From: an uncultured Candidatus Saccharibacteria bacterium | GTDB taxonomy: Bacteria > Patescibacteriota > Minisyncoccia > Phycocordibacterales > UBA5272 | Assembly: GCA_964455195.1 (NCBI GenBank) | Contig: CAYVUY010000001.1 | Span: forward strand, 3,642-67,641 | Direction of reading: 5' to 3' | DNA: 64,000 nucleotides | Part shown: one piece after another, positions 8,658 to 18,547 of the stretch | Position numbering within the stretch: the first letter of the stretch is position 1 | Layout of the letters: every line of letters begins with the position of its first letter | The notes under the pieces: generated by a model | What the model saw: only the letters and a program-made list of their open reading frames with translations | Told to the model about the DNA's origin: nothing | Database searches by the model: none | Made by a program: the position numbers and the translations under genes

Positions 8658-8993
8658 ATGGATACACAAGAACATAGCGACGACCCTCGAAGGGTCTGTC
8701 TGCCGAGCAAGGGTGCACTCCTCCTTCGCGCATTAAGCGATGGGGATACGCGCATCTATATCAAACTGCAAGACCTTGGAAAGGATTCAACTGAACTGTT
8801 AGAGTTTTACAAAGTTGGTTTGCCCCCATTTGATTTATCACGTAGGGGCGGAGCACTGTTACTGACATGTTCAGAGCCGGGGAATCCTAACAAACGCAAA
8901 AACCTGCAACTAATCAATGACACCATTGTTGATGAGTCTGGACGCACCCCGAAGACGTATTCGGTCATCATGCCGAGGTGGCTTCATGACTAA
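8658..8993 (+). CDS. Hypothetical protein, GC-rich operon gene 2
   Basis: Same strand and composition as its neighbours. Its stop overlaps the next start (ATGACTAA). Confidence 0.5.
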   Translation: MDTQEHSDDPRRVCLPSKGALLLRALSDGDTRIYIKLQDLGKDSTELLEFYKVGLPPFDLSRRGGALLLTCSEPGNPNKRKNLQLINDTIVDESGRTPKTYSVIMPRWLHD

Positions 8994-9423
8994 CATCGAC
9001 CCGTATGATGTCGGTCCGTTCGGTGAGCCGGACTTTGACTACATTGATTTTTTGGAACAGGTACACGACTTCGATGAGTACTCATTTTTCTATGAGGACC
9101 TGGATTACGAAGAAGTACTCAAGCTCTGTGGTATTGTTGAATACGACCTTCATCCTTTCTATGAGGACACATCACTTTACCAAAGAACGATTCTTTCTGA
9201 TCAGGAATTCCTAACGACCGATAACGTATGGCGTATAAGGACCGCCAAAGAAAAGCATGTAGGAAGAAGTGAACGTCAAAAGGCAACGGAGATTCTGCAA
9301 TCCCTCCGTGAAGAAAACCCAGCGACACAAAGTACTGACGAGTGGCTGCACTCTTTTGAAGTTGGAACACGCTGTTACGAAATATTGCAAGCCCCATTGG
9401 GGAAACTGAAACCACGCCTATGA
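8986..9423 (+). CDS. Hypothetical strongly acidic protein (aromatic and D/E-rich N-terminal half), GC-rich operon gene 3
   Basis: ATGA overlap coupling with the upstream gene. N-terminus MTNIDPYDVGPFGEPDFDYIDFLEQVHDFDEYSFFYEDLDYEE. Confidence 0.5.
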   Translation: MTNIDPYDVGPFGEPDFDYIDFLEQVHDFDEYSFFYEDLDYEEVLKLCGIVEYDLHPFYEDTSLYQRTILSDQEFLTTDNVWRIRTAKEKHVGRSERQKATEILQSLREENPATQSTDEWLHSFEVGTRCYEILQAPLGKLKPRL

Positions 9424-9447
9424 GAACGAAGATTCTCGGGCGGGTTT

Positions 9448-10701
9448 TTATTTTTTATAATATCTTTCGATAAAATTATTTTTGAATTTTAAAAAGTTAC
9501 CTTCGATGAGAGCTTGTCGTGCATTCTCCACTAATGTAGTGATAAATTTAAGATTATGAAGTGATGCGATAGTGGCTCCTGTCATTTCATCAGAACGGAA
9601 TAAATGTGCGAGATAGCTCTTCGTATACTGATGTGTGTACCATGTAGGTTCATCTGATACTGGCGTCATATCTTCTTTGTACTTTGCATTGAATATATTG
9701 ATACGACCATCAAGAGTATAGAGTCCACCATTACGCGCAATACGTGTCGGAGCAACACAGTCGAAGGTATCTATTCCATTTTCTATTCCAAGTAAAATAT
9801 CTAACGGTTCTCCAATGCCAAGTAGGTGACGAGGTTTACCTTCTGGTAGAATTTCATTCACCCATCTCACAGCTGTACCCATATCTTCTTTTGTAAAACT
9901 TCCCCCTATTCCATATCCATCGAAATCCATAGCACCTAGAATTCTAGCTGATTCCTTGCGTAAATCTTCATATGCTCCACCTTGCACAACTCCAAAAAGT
10001 GCTTGCATTTCTCCAGTAGCTTGTGATACTCCGAGGCGCTTATGTTCTCTTAAACTGCGCTCTGCCCAGCTATGGGTTCTGTCTATTGCTTTTAATTGAT
10101 ACTCCTTCGGAGCTAGTGGTGAGGTACATTCATCAAATGCAAAAAACATATCCGCGCCCAAGTTGTGCTGTATCTGCATACTGCGCTCTGGTGTGAAGCG
10201 ATGCTCACTCCCATCAATAATAGATTTAAACGTCACACCTTCATCATCTATTACCGCTAACTTCTCATGTGCATTCGTTGTTTCCTTTTTCTCACGCTTG
10301 GAAATATCTTGTGTTTCTAATTCTGATATTTCTTTACTTGTTGCAATCTTACTTACACCATGCCCCATAGCTTGTCCTAAAGAAAATACTTGGAAGCCTC
10401 CTGAATCAGTAAATGTTGGACCATTCCATCCCATCATCTTGGCGAATCCTCCGTGCTTTGCTACAAGCTCATCTCCTGGTTCAAGATAAAGATGATATGT
10501 ATTTGCAAGCACTGCTTCTGCACCTACATAATCACGTACTTGTTCTGGGGTAAGTGACTTCACTGTGGCTTTCGTACCTACTGTAATAAATGCTGGAGTT
10601 TTAATATCACCATGTGGAGTATGGATAACGCCCGCACGCGCCAAAGGCGCTTCAGAAGACTTTTTTACTATTTCAAAATTAAATATTTTATTCATTTTCA
10701 A
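9448..10701 (-). CDS. tgt: Queuine tRNA-ribosyltransferase (tRNA-guanine transglycosylase), with an internal insertion
   Basis: LARAGVIHTPHGDIKTPAFITVGTKA ... FTDSGGFQVFSL ... C-terminal Zn-site-like CVAPTRIARNG. Confidence 0.9.
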   Translation of the reverse strand: MKMNKIFNFEIVKKSSEAPLARAGVIHTPHGDIKTPAFITVGTKATVKSLTPEQVRDYVGAEAVLANTYHLYLEPGDELVAKHGGFAKMMGWNGPTFTDSGGFQVFSLGQAMGHGVSKIATSKEISELETQDISKREKKETTNAHEKLAVIDDEGVTFKSIIDGSEHRFTPERSMQIQHNLGADMFFAFDECTSPLAPKEYQLKAIDRTHSWAERSLREHKRLGVSQATGEMQALFGVVQGGAYEDLRKESARILGAMDFDGYGIGGSFTKEDMGTAVRWVNEILPEGKPRHLLGIGEPLDILLGIENGIDTFDCVAPTRIARNGGLYTLDGRINIFNAKYKEDMTPVSDEPTWYTHQYTKSYLAHLFRSDEMTGATIASLHNLKFITTLVENARQALIEGNFLKFKNNFIERYYKK

Positions 10702-11188
10702 TATTTTTAAACATCCTATAAGAATCGGTAATGAACCCTAAAGATTCATAAAAACAAATAGCCTTACTGTTTCTTGCTTTTACATTTAATCTTACAATAG
10801 TTATTCCTTTGCTTTTAGCCCACCCATAGAAATCTGCAAGCAGACCCGTGCCGATTTTACTCCCTCTAAATTCTTCAACAACAAAAATCCCATCACAAAA
10901 TGCTATTTTTTCGACACCAAAATAATTACTAATATCTTCTGTATAGCCTAAAATATATCCGATTGGATTTTCATTAGAAAATATAATTTCGCAAAATACA
11001 TCGTGATTGAAAGCCTCTTTTATTTCTTTTTTAAAATCGACCTCGGGTGTTTGTTTAGGCTTTAGCTCCGAATAGTTAAAGTTATTTTTAATATATTCAT
11101 CATTAAAGTTCTGATACAAAAAAATTAATGCGTCTCTATGCAACTCTAAATTTTCTTTAGATACAATAATCTTTTTAAACTCAATCAT
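10688..11188 (-). CDS. GNAT family N-acetyltransferase
   Basis: Motif A: IFVVEEFRGSKIGTGLL. Confidence 0.8.
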   Translation of the reverse strand: MIEFKKIIVSKENLELHRDALIFLYQNFNDEYIKNNFNYSELKPKQTPEVDFKKEIKEAFNHDVFCEIIFSNENPIGYILGYTEDISNYFGVEKIAFCDGIFVVEEFRGSKIGTGLLADFYGWAKSKGITIVRLNVKARNSKAICFYESLGFITDSYRMFKNIENE

Positions 11189-11301
11189 ATCGGCATTCTA
11201 CCATGAATTGTAAAGTAAGAAGAAACAGTGTAGGCTACATCGTAAGTGCTCATTTTATTTTCGCGAGCAACCCATCCACCTTATTCATTGAAGGATTTTC
11301 C

Positions 11302-12081
11302 ATGACCAATAACGAAAAGAATGCTCAGGCAAACTTTGAGAAGTTGGTGATGGATACAGTCATTCAAATTGACTCCTTCACCCCTTCAAAGAATGCACAC
11401 GATCGCGAGCGATTGTATCAGCTCGTAACCACCATTTTACTAGCCTCGCTCAAGCATTTTGGCAAAGCTGGTATGAAAGGTATTGTCAGAACAATGCTCT
11501 TTAGTGCCAAAAAGCACGCGGGGGTATACAGGGCTGATGAATCTACTCCATATTTCCATCATCCGCTTGAAGTTACGCTCATCGCTTTTTCTTGTGGAGT
11601 CTTTCACTATAAACTCACGCAAGCGATGATTGCGCATGATACGTACGAGGATACCGATACGCTACTAAATGAGTTACAGAGACTGTTCGGACTTCTCGTG
11701 AGAGAAATTGTCTCGCATGTCAGCAAAAAGAAGCATGCTGACGGCACTCCTGACAAGTACTTCTTCCGGCGGTTGCGTCGTTGCAAGAAACTGCTAGTTC
11801 GCATACTTGCAATTATTGCGAAATTTGCCGACCGAATCCACAATCAAAAAACAACAAAGCCTTTAAGTGAGGAGAAGGTACGCCGGAAAATTGCCGAAAC
11901 AGAAAAGGAGTTCCCACTACTTGAGAAGGTCCTTCGCAGGTCCGTCAAAGAGTACGTTAAGATTCACAAGAAGGAACTATACCTTCTGCGCGCAGTGGAT
12001 TTGCTCGTCTTGCAACTGCGAGATGCAGTAAGAGCTGCGAAACATGAGCTTGCCTCGCGAGGTAAGAATCCGTCGCCGTAA
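11302..12081 (+). CDS. Stand-alone HD-domain (p)ppGpp-hydrolase-like protein (RelA/SpoT N-terminal HD fold, SAH/Mesh1-like)
   Basis: HHPLEVTLIA ... AHDTYEDTDT ... ADRIHNQ, matching the SpoT HD motifs (H..., HDxxED, DRLHN). Start chosen at the ATG with the best context. Moderately GC-enriched. Confidence 0.7.
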   Translation: MTNNEKNAQANFEKLVMDTVIQIDSFTPSKNAHDRERLYQLVTTILLASLKHFGKAGMKGIVRTMLFSAKKHAGVYRADESTPYFHHPLEVTLIAFSCGVFHYKLTQAMIAHDTYEDTDTLLNELQRLFGLLVREIVSHVSKKKHADGTPDKYFFRRLRRCKKLLVRILAIIAKFADRIHNQKTTKPLSEEKVRRKIAETEKEFPLLEKVLRRSVKEYVKIHKKELYLLRAVDLLVLQLRDAVRAAKHELASRGKNPSP

Positions 12082-12117
12082 CCCAGTGCAACATCGGGTA
12101 CGGCGACTTTTGTTTTG

Positions 12118-13266
12118 TTATGCAAATTTCTTTATTGTTTCCGCTACGATACCGACTATTTCTTTATCGAACATACTTGGAAGAATTTTTTCAGTACTTA
12201 TATCCTTCACATGATCAGCGAGCGCGATAGCGATAGCGACGAACATTTCCGTCTTAAACTGTGGTACACGTCCATCAAGCATTCCACGAAATGCTCCAGG
12301 GAATACGAGTGAATTATTAATTTGATTCGGATAATCACTTCGTCCTGTAGCCATAATGAACACCCCTGCTTGGTGAGCTACCTCTGGCATAATCTCCGGT
12401 GTCGGATTTGCAAGTGCGAATATGATAGGTCGTTCTGCCATAGTCTCCACCATTTCTTTCGTTAATACATTCGGCTTAGATAATCCAATGAAGATATGAG
12501 CTCCGACGAGTGCATCTTTCAATTCTCCTTCGTATCCTGAAAGCGCACTTGCAAATAATAACTCTTTCTTTTCTTTGGTGAGTTCAGTGCGTTCTTTGTG
12601 AATAATTCCTTTTGTATCACAGAACAAAATATGTTTAATTCCATAAGCAAGAAGTAATCGCGCAGTAGCAACTCCAGCTGCTCCTATACCATTAATAACA
12701 ACTCTGGCTTCTTCTTTTGTAATTCCTCGTAACTTAAGTGAATTAATTACTGCAGTAAGCGATACAGTTCCTGCCCCCCATTGATCGTCATGCATTACAG
12801 GAATATTTAATTCTTTTCGCAATCTTTCTTCTATTTCGAAACATCGTGGTGCTGCGATATCTTCTAGATTAATAGCACCGAATACTGGAGCAATATGCTT
12901 CACTGCTTTTATAATTTCTTCTGTATCTTGAGTATCAAGACAAATTGGAAACGCATCAACATTAGCAAATGATTTTAGTATCGCAGCTTTACCTTCCATA
13001 ACAGGAAGGGCTGCTTGTGGTCCAAGATTACCAAGTCCAAGTATCGCAGAGCCATCAGTGACTATTGCAACAGTGTTTCTTTTAAGCGTGTAATCATAGA
13101 CGGTATCAGGATGAGCGGCTATCTCACGACATACTTCTGCTACCCCAGGTGTATATGCTCGTGAAAGATCTTCACGAGTTGCGAGTGGCACCTTAAGTCC
13201 AGTTTCAATCTTTCCGTGAAATTTTTTATGTAATTCTAACGCTTCTTTATTATAATCGTGATTCAT
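12118..13266 (-). CDS. NAD(P)-dependent malic enzyme (short form)
   Basis: LSRAYTPGVAEVC ... VTDGSAILGLGNLG ... GIGAAGVA. Confidence 0.9.
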   Translation of the reverse strand: MNHDYNKEALELHKKFHGKIETGLKVPLATREDLSRAYTPGVAEVCREIAAHPDTVYDYTLKRNTVAIVTDGSAILGLGNLGPQAALPVMEGKAAILKSFANVDAFPICLDTQDTEEIIKAVKHIAPVFGAINLEDIAAPRCFEIEERLRKELNIPVMHDDQWGAGTVSLTAVINSLKLRGITKEEARVVINGIGAAGVATARLLLAYGIKHILFCDTKGIIHKERTELTKEKKELLFASALSGYEGELKDALVGAHIFIGLSKPNVLTKEMVETMAERPIIFALANPTPEIMPEVAHQAGVFIMATGRSDYPNQINNSLVFPGAFRGMLDGRVPQFKTEMFVAIAIALADHVKDISTEKILPSMFDKEIVGIVAETIKKFA

Positions 13267-13311
13267 GTGTTGTTATTAGTTATTGGTAATTAGTTCAACT
13301 TTTCGTTAAAT

Positions 13312-13833
13312 GTGGTGATAGATAGTATACTTCTTTATATGAGAAATCTAAAAACTATGTTACCAGAGATTGTTTATGGTGGGTCAGATGGTGTCGTTAC
13401 CACCTTTTCAGTAATGGCCGGAGCGGCTGGCGCTGGATTAGATCCGAAAGTAGTGATTATTTTGGGATGTGCTAACCTCGCTTCCGATGGCTTCTCCATG
13501 GCTTCCGCTGACTTCCTTGCAGAAGAATCAAAAGAAAAATCAAATGAAAAGAAATCCTTACATCAAGCGATTACTACTTTTGTGTCTTTCGTAGGTATTG
13601 GACTTGTACCTCTTATCCCGTTTCTTTTTGCACTATGTGTGACCTTGCCTGCGAATGAATTCTTTCTTTCTACATTACTCACCTTCATTGCCTTCATCTC
13701 TATTGGATATATGCGTGGGTATGTACTGAAGAAAAATAAACTAGGAACGATACTAGAGTCTGTGGGTATAGGCTCATTGTGTGCTGGCCTTGCTTATCTG
13801 GTGGGCCAAATGATTGCAGTAGTGATCGGGTAG
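13312..13833 (+). CDS. VIT1/CCC1-family membrane protein (putative Fe/Mn transporter)
   Basis: GGSDGVVTTFSVMAGAAGAG motif plus multiple TM segments. Confidence 0.75.
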   Translation: MVIDSILLYMRNLKTMLPEIVYGGSDGVVTTFSVMAGAAGAGLDPKVVIILGCANLASDGFSMASADFLAEESKEKSNEKKSLHQAITTFVSFVGIGLVPLIPFLFALCVTLPANEFFLSTLLTFIAFISIGYMRGYVLKKNKLGTILESVGIGSLCAGLAYLVGQMIAVVIG

Positions 13834-14004
13834 TTACTAGTTATTGGTTGGTAGTTTACTTCGCGATTGCAATTGCATTGGCCGAGTAAATATTTGGATG
13901 CAATACGAAAATAATGTTTCAAAAAAAGTTATGAGGCGTAGAGAGCGGTACGTTGAAAAACTTTTTGAAAATATCAAGTAGGGCGCCAAATAGTGACTCG
14001 GTGT

Positions 14005-14895
14005 TTACTTCATATAGAGTTCCATCTTGGCACGTACCACCTTCTTCATTTCTTCTTGCCCTTCCTTTCCGAACTTATATGGCGCAACTTCTTGTGGGTG
14101 CTCATTTACATATCGAGTTACTCCATCTCGGAATGCTTTTCTAATTTCGGTATTGATATGTACTATAGAAACACCATTATCTATTGAGCCCATGAGGTCT
14201 TCGTCTGTATTTCCTGATGCGCCGTGTAGCACAAGTGGTACGTCTACTGTAGTGATGATTTCTTTCAATCTATCGATGTGTAGTTTAGGCTCTTCTGCGT
14301 CAATTAACATACCGTGCACATTACCAATGGCTGGAGCGAACATATCGATTCCTGTTCTAAGTACGAAATCCTGTGCCTGCTCTTTGGTTGTTAAATTCTC
14401 ATCACTTACCCCCTCTGGGAGAGCGCTATTAAGTGATGATGACTGCCCTATGTATCCAAGTTCTGCTTCCACGAGAATGCGCTTACCGGTTTTACTCTCA
14501 TACTCACGAACGAAATCAACACACTTCTTAACGAGTGCGACGTTTTCTTCATACGGAAGTTTCGCTCCGTCTACGATAACACTGTCATATCCTAGCTCTA
14601 CCACCTCTTGCACCTTTTCGAATGAATAGGTGTGATCTGCATTTAAGAAAATAGGTATAGAATATTCTTGATTGAGTTGATTTACGATAGCGCGAACCAT
14701 AGCAACACCCATATAACCACGTTCCCCTTCACTTACTCCGATGATGACTGGTTGTTTAAGCTCCTCAGCTACATCGCAGATTGTTCTCGCCTGATCTAGG
14801 TTAGAGATATTAAAGTGAGCAATTGCTTTACCTTGCTCTTTATAGGAAATAATGGTTTCGTAATATGTTGGTGATTGGTTCTTTAATTCTTTCAT
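14005..14895 (-). CDS. fba: Class II fructose-bisphosphate aldolase
   Basis: PVIIGVSEGERGYMG ... FLNADHTYS ... LVLHGASG. Confidence 0.9.
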   Translation of the reverse strand: MKELKNQSPTYYETIISYKEQGKAIAHFNISNLDQARTICDVAEELKQPVIIGVSEGERGYMGVAMVRAIVNQLNQEYSIPIFLNADHTYSFEKVQEVVELGYDSVIVDGAKLPYEENVALVKKCVDFVREYESKTGKRILVEAELGYIGQSSSLNSALPEGVSDENLTTKEQAQDFVLRTGIDMFAPAIGNVHGMLIDAEEPKLHIDRLKEIITTVDVPLVLHGASGNTDEDLMGSIDNGVSIVHINTEIRKAFRDGVTRYVNEHPQEVAPYKFGKEGQEEMKKVVRAKMELYMK

Positions 14896-14938
14896 ATCAA
14901 CAAGTATATAGTAAACCCAAGTGATAGACTAGAAAGAT

Positions 14939-15925
14939 ATGAATAACGAATACGATGTAATCGCAATTGGAGATAGTGTTGTTGAACCATTTATACGACT
15001 TAACTTAGGACATGAACAAACTGACGAACACGGAGGAGAACTTTGTATTCCTTTCGGAACCAAAATCCCTTATGAAAGTGCTACATTAATAGCAGGTGTA
15101 GGAAATGCAGCTAACGCCGCAGTATCTGCATCACGTATTGGCCTTAAGGTGGCACTTGTTACATTCTTAGGAAATGATAGCTATGGTCTTGAATGTATCA
15201 ATCGTCTACAACGTGAAGGGGTAGATATGACTTTTGCAGCTCAACAAGAAGGTAAGCACACTAACTATCACTATGTGCTTTGGCATGGAGAAGAGCGTAC
15301 TATTTTAATAAAGCATGAAAGTTTCGACTACAAACTACCAGATATTGGTAATCCTAAGTGGCTTTATTTCTCATCTGTTGCTGAACACACTGAAGCTTTC
15401 CATAAAGAAATTGGAGAGTATCTCAAGTCTCATCCTGATGTAAAACTTGCATTCCAACCTGGAACATTCCAAATGAAAATGGGAATAGAAGCCCTTAAGG
15501 ATATCTATGCTCGCACGGAAGTATTTTGTGCCAATAAAGAAGAATACATGATGATGCTTGGAATGGATGGAAGTGATATAAAAGCCATGATGGACAAGAT
15601 GCAAGAACACGGACCGAAAATTATTCTTTTAAGTGATGGTCCACATGGGGCTTACATGAAGTATGATGGGAAGTATTTCTATGTACCACTTTATCCTGAT
15701 ATTGCACCCCCTCTTGAGCGCACTGGAGCGGGAGATGCTTTCGCAAGTACATTCGTAAGTTATATTATCAAGGGATTCGCTCCTGAAGATGCGCTACTTA
15801 GAGCACCAATTAACAGTATGAATGTGAATCAACATATTGGTGCGCAAGAAGGATTACTACAAGACAAAGACATTGAAAACTATATAGTAAAAGCTCCTGC
15901 GGACTACAAGGTGAAAAGTATCTAA
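14939..15925 (+). CDS. PfkB-family carbohydrate kinase (phosphofructokinase/ribokinase-like)
   Basis: GAGDAF anion-hole motif plus N-terminal GG dipeptide region. Adjacent to fba. Confidence 0.8.
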   Translation: MNNEYDVIAIGDSVVEPFIRLNLGHEQTDEHGGELCIPFGTKIPYESATLIAGVGNAANAAVSASRIGLKVALVTFLGNDSYGLECINRLQREGVDMTFAAQQEGKHTNYHYVLWHGEERTILIKHESFDYKLPDIGNPKWLYFSSVAEHTEAFHKEIGEYLKSHPDVKLAFQPGTFQMKMGIEALKDIYARTEVFCANKEEYMMMLGMDGSDIKAMMDKMQEHGPKIILLSDGPHGAYMKYDGKYFYVPLYPDIAPPLERTGAGDAFASTFVSYIIKGFAPEDALLRAPINSMNVNQHIGAQEGLLQDKDIENYIVKAPADYKVKSI

Positions 15926-15970
15926 TCTTAAGTAATTAAAAACTCGCACAATGTGCGAGTTTTTAATTAC

Positions 15971-16948
15971 TTAGCCAAGCACTGTCTTTCTTACGTGATC
16001 CATTATGTGCTTGTAATTAAGACCGTATTCTTCATATAAATCTACTGCTTTACCGCTTTGGCCGAATCTATTTTGTACTGCTACTATACTCATCTTAGTA
16101 GGTTGATGCTGGGATAGTAATGATGCTACCGCATCCCCTAGTCCACCAACTGCTTGATGCTCTTCTACTGTTACTATTCTTTTCATATCTTTTGCAAAAC
16201 GTAGAACAAATGCTTCATCGAGTGGTTTAATTGTTGGCATATTCGCAACTGTCACCCCTATACCTTCCTTTTCAAGTTCACGAGACGCTTTAATCGCTTC
16301 ATAAAGTAATGGACCGCAACCGATAATTCCCATGGTAAGCGGATGAGTCTTCTTCGGAATATGCATCACATACCCTTTACCGAAATTAAATGTATATGTA
16401 TCAGTAAGCATGAGCGGAGTCTTTTCACGAGTAAGACGAAGGTATACTGGTCCATCGATATTAGGCATAGCGAGAGTCGCTTTCTCTGCTTCTACTCCAT
16501 CACATGGAACTATCACTGACATATTGGGAATAAGTCTCATGAGACCCACATCTTCAAGAGCTTGATGTGTTGCTCCGTCAGGACCCACAGAAACTCCAGC
16601 GTGCGCACCGACGATTTTAACAGGAACATTATTATAAGCGATAGTAGTACGAATTTGTTCCCAGTTACGACCTGGAGAAAACATTGCGTAACTTGCCATA
16701 AAAGGAATCTTCCCTGCGGATGCCATACCGGATGCCACTCCACTCATAGCTTGTTCTGTGATACCCATTTCGAAAAATCGCTTCGGATAAAGTTCACGGA
16801 ATTTATCCATCTTGGTACTTTCTGTAAGATCAGCGCAGAGCGCCACTACTCTCTCGTCTGTTTTTCCAAGTGAAAGTAATGCCTCACCGAATCCTTCTCG
16901 TGTAGCTTTTTCCTCTTCACTCCCTGTAAATAAAGTTTTTCTTAACAT
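15971..16948 (-). CDS. tkt: Transketolase, C-terminal (pyrimidine-binding) subunit
   Basis: Homology to the transketolase C-terminal half. Lies immediately downstream of the N-terminal subunit gene. Confidence 0.9.
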   Translation of the reverse strand: MLRKTLFTGSEEEKATREGFGEALLSLGKTDERVVALCADLTESTKMDKFRELYPKRFFEMGITEQAMSGVASGMASAGKIPFMASYAMFSPGRNWEQIRTTIAYNNVPVKIVGAHAGVSVGPDGATHQALEDVGLMRLIPNMSVIVPCDGVEAEKATLAMPNIDGPVYLRLTREKTPLMLTDTYTFNFGKGYVMHIPKKTHPLTMGIIGCGPLLYEAIKASRELEKEGIGVTVANMPTIKPLDEAFVLRFAKDMKRIVTVEEHQAVGGLGDAVASLLSQHQPTKMSIVAVQNRFGQSGKAVDLYEEYGLNYKHIMDHVRKTVLG

Positions 16949-16952
16949 AAAT

Positions 16953-17882
16953 TTAATCTGCTGCGTGTGTAATTTTACCGCGAAAAGTTCTCAGTTCTTT
17001 AAGAGCCATCTTCGCCTCATCTTCATTCGGTGCTTTTCCATGCCAATGGAAATCTCCCTCGAATTCTTTTACTCCTTTACCAGGAATAGTACGAGCGATA
17101 ATTACAGTAGCATAATCAAGCGTACTCTTCGCCTGTCCCACAGCAGAACATATCGCTCTCATATCATGTCCATCAACCTCAATCACATTTAAATTAAAAG
17201 CTTTTAGTTTATCTGCGAGTGGTTCAAGTGGTAACACTGTCTCAGTAAAGCCATCAATTTGAATAGTATTTCTATCGATAATGGTAATAATATTTTTAAA
17301 TTTCTCACGTCCCAAAATAAGAAGTGACTCCCAAACTTGTCCTTCATTCATTTCACCATCCCCCATAACACAATAAATATATCTATCAGGTTTATGTTCT
17401 TCTAATCTATCAACAAACGCCATACCTATTGCCTGTGATAATCCGCATCCAAGCGGTCCACTTGATGTTTCTACACCAGGAAGAGTCTCTCTATGTGGGT
17501 GCCCCTGTAGACGAGAACCGAAACGACGAAGTGTTTTAAGTTCAGATACTGGGAAATACCCAGAGTGCGCAAGAGATGCGTAGAGAACTGGAGCAGTATG
17601 ACCATTAGAAAGAACCAACTTATCTCGGTGTGACCACGCTGGATTCTTAGGGTTGTGATTAAGTAATCTAAAATAAAGACAAGAGAAAATATCTGCCATT
17701 CCAAGAGGTCCTGCAGTGTGCCCTGAACCTGCTTCAAGCAACATAGAAATAATACTCTCACGAATATCTTCTGCTCGAAGTTCAAGTGCTTCTACTTCTA
17801 TGTCAGTGATGTTATGCATTGTATTAGTATATCGTGCTAAATGATTAGTAAACAGTAGATAGCTAAAGGCACCTACTGACAA
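16953..17882 (-). CDS. tkt: Transketolase, N-terminal (TPP-binding) subunit
   Basis: GSGHTAGPLGMADIF ... GDGEMNEG. Confidence 0.9.
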   Translation of the reverse strand: MSVGAFSYLLFTNHLARYTNTMHNITDIEVEALELRAEDIRESIISMLLEAGSGHTAGPLGMADIFSCLYFRLLNHNPKNPAWSHRDKLVLSNGHTAPVLYASLAHSGYFPVSELKTLRRFGSRLQGHPHRETLPGVETSSGPLGCGLSQAIGMAFVDRLEEHKPDRYIYCVMGDGEMNEGQVWESLLILGREKFKNIITIIDRNTIQIDGFTETVLPLEPLADKLKAFNLNVIEVDGHDMRAICSAVGQAKSTLDYATVIIARTIPGKGVKEFEGDFHWHGKAPNEDEAKMALKELRTFRGKITHAAD

Positions 17883-18547
17883 ATCGTACTTTCAATAATA
17901 GATAATTCTGAATAAGCGGTTCCAATATCATCGTGTCGTGATAAATAAGAACCTACAACAATATTCGTAGCACCAGCATTAGCTACTTTCTGTGCTGTTT
18001 CTGGACGCATTGCACCATCTACCTGTACGTGTACATCCGGAAATACTTGTAAGCTGTGCGCTATCCGTTCTAAACAAGACTCGTCGAAGAGTTGCCCTTG
18101 CTCCCCTATTTGTTCTATTCCCATTACTTGTACAAAAAGTTTATGCTTCTTCTCACGATAGAATCGTATCTTATTATCAAATTCATCCAAAAGATGATCA
18201 TTAGAAACCGCAAGACCAGTGTAGATATGTGAGTCAGCAACCATTCCAAGAAACTCATCGATATCTTCATTACTCCATTGGTCAATATGAATGACGAGAC
18301 GTTTAAATCCGAGCGCCACAACCCTAGGAACATATGTGCGCCAATCATATACCATTAAATCGCATTCATATTCAATTGAGTCTTTACTAGGTAATACTTC
18401 ATCTCCGCTAGGTAACCATGTGAGTTCGCGCCCCATACGGCCATCACAAAGGTCTATCTGTACACGCGTAGCAAAACCAGAAAGTCTTTCTAACTTCTCA
18501 GCTATTTCATCAAATGATTTAGGAAGTATCGCTGGAGTTATTTGCAT
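17873..18547 (-). CDS. rpe: Ribulose-phosphate 3-epimerase family protein
   Basis: ITPAILPKSF ... VQIDLCDGRM ... VQVDGAMRPETAQKVANAGATNIVVGS aligns with Rpe. Confidence 0.75.
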   Translation of the reverse strand: MQITPAILPKSFDEIAEKLERLSGFATRVQIDLCDGRMGRELTWLPSGDEVLPSKDSIEYECDLMVYDWRTYVPRVVALGFKRLVIHIDQWSNEDIDEFLGMVADSHIYTGLAVSNDHLLDEFDNKIRFYREKKHKLFVQVMGIEQIGEQGQLFDESCLERIAHSLQVFPDVHVQVDGAMRPETAQKVANAGATNIVVGSYLSRHDDIGTAYSELSIIESTICQ

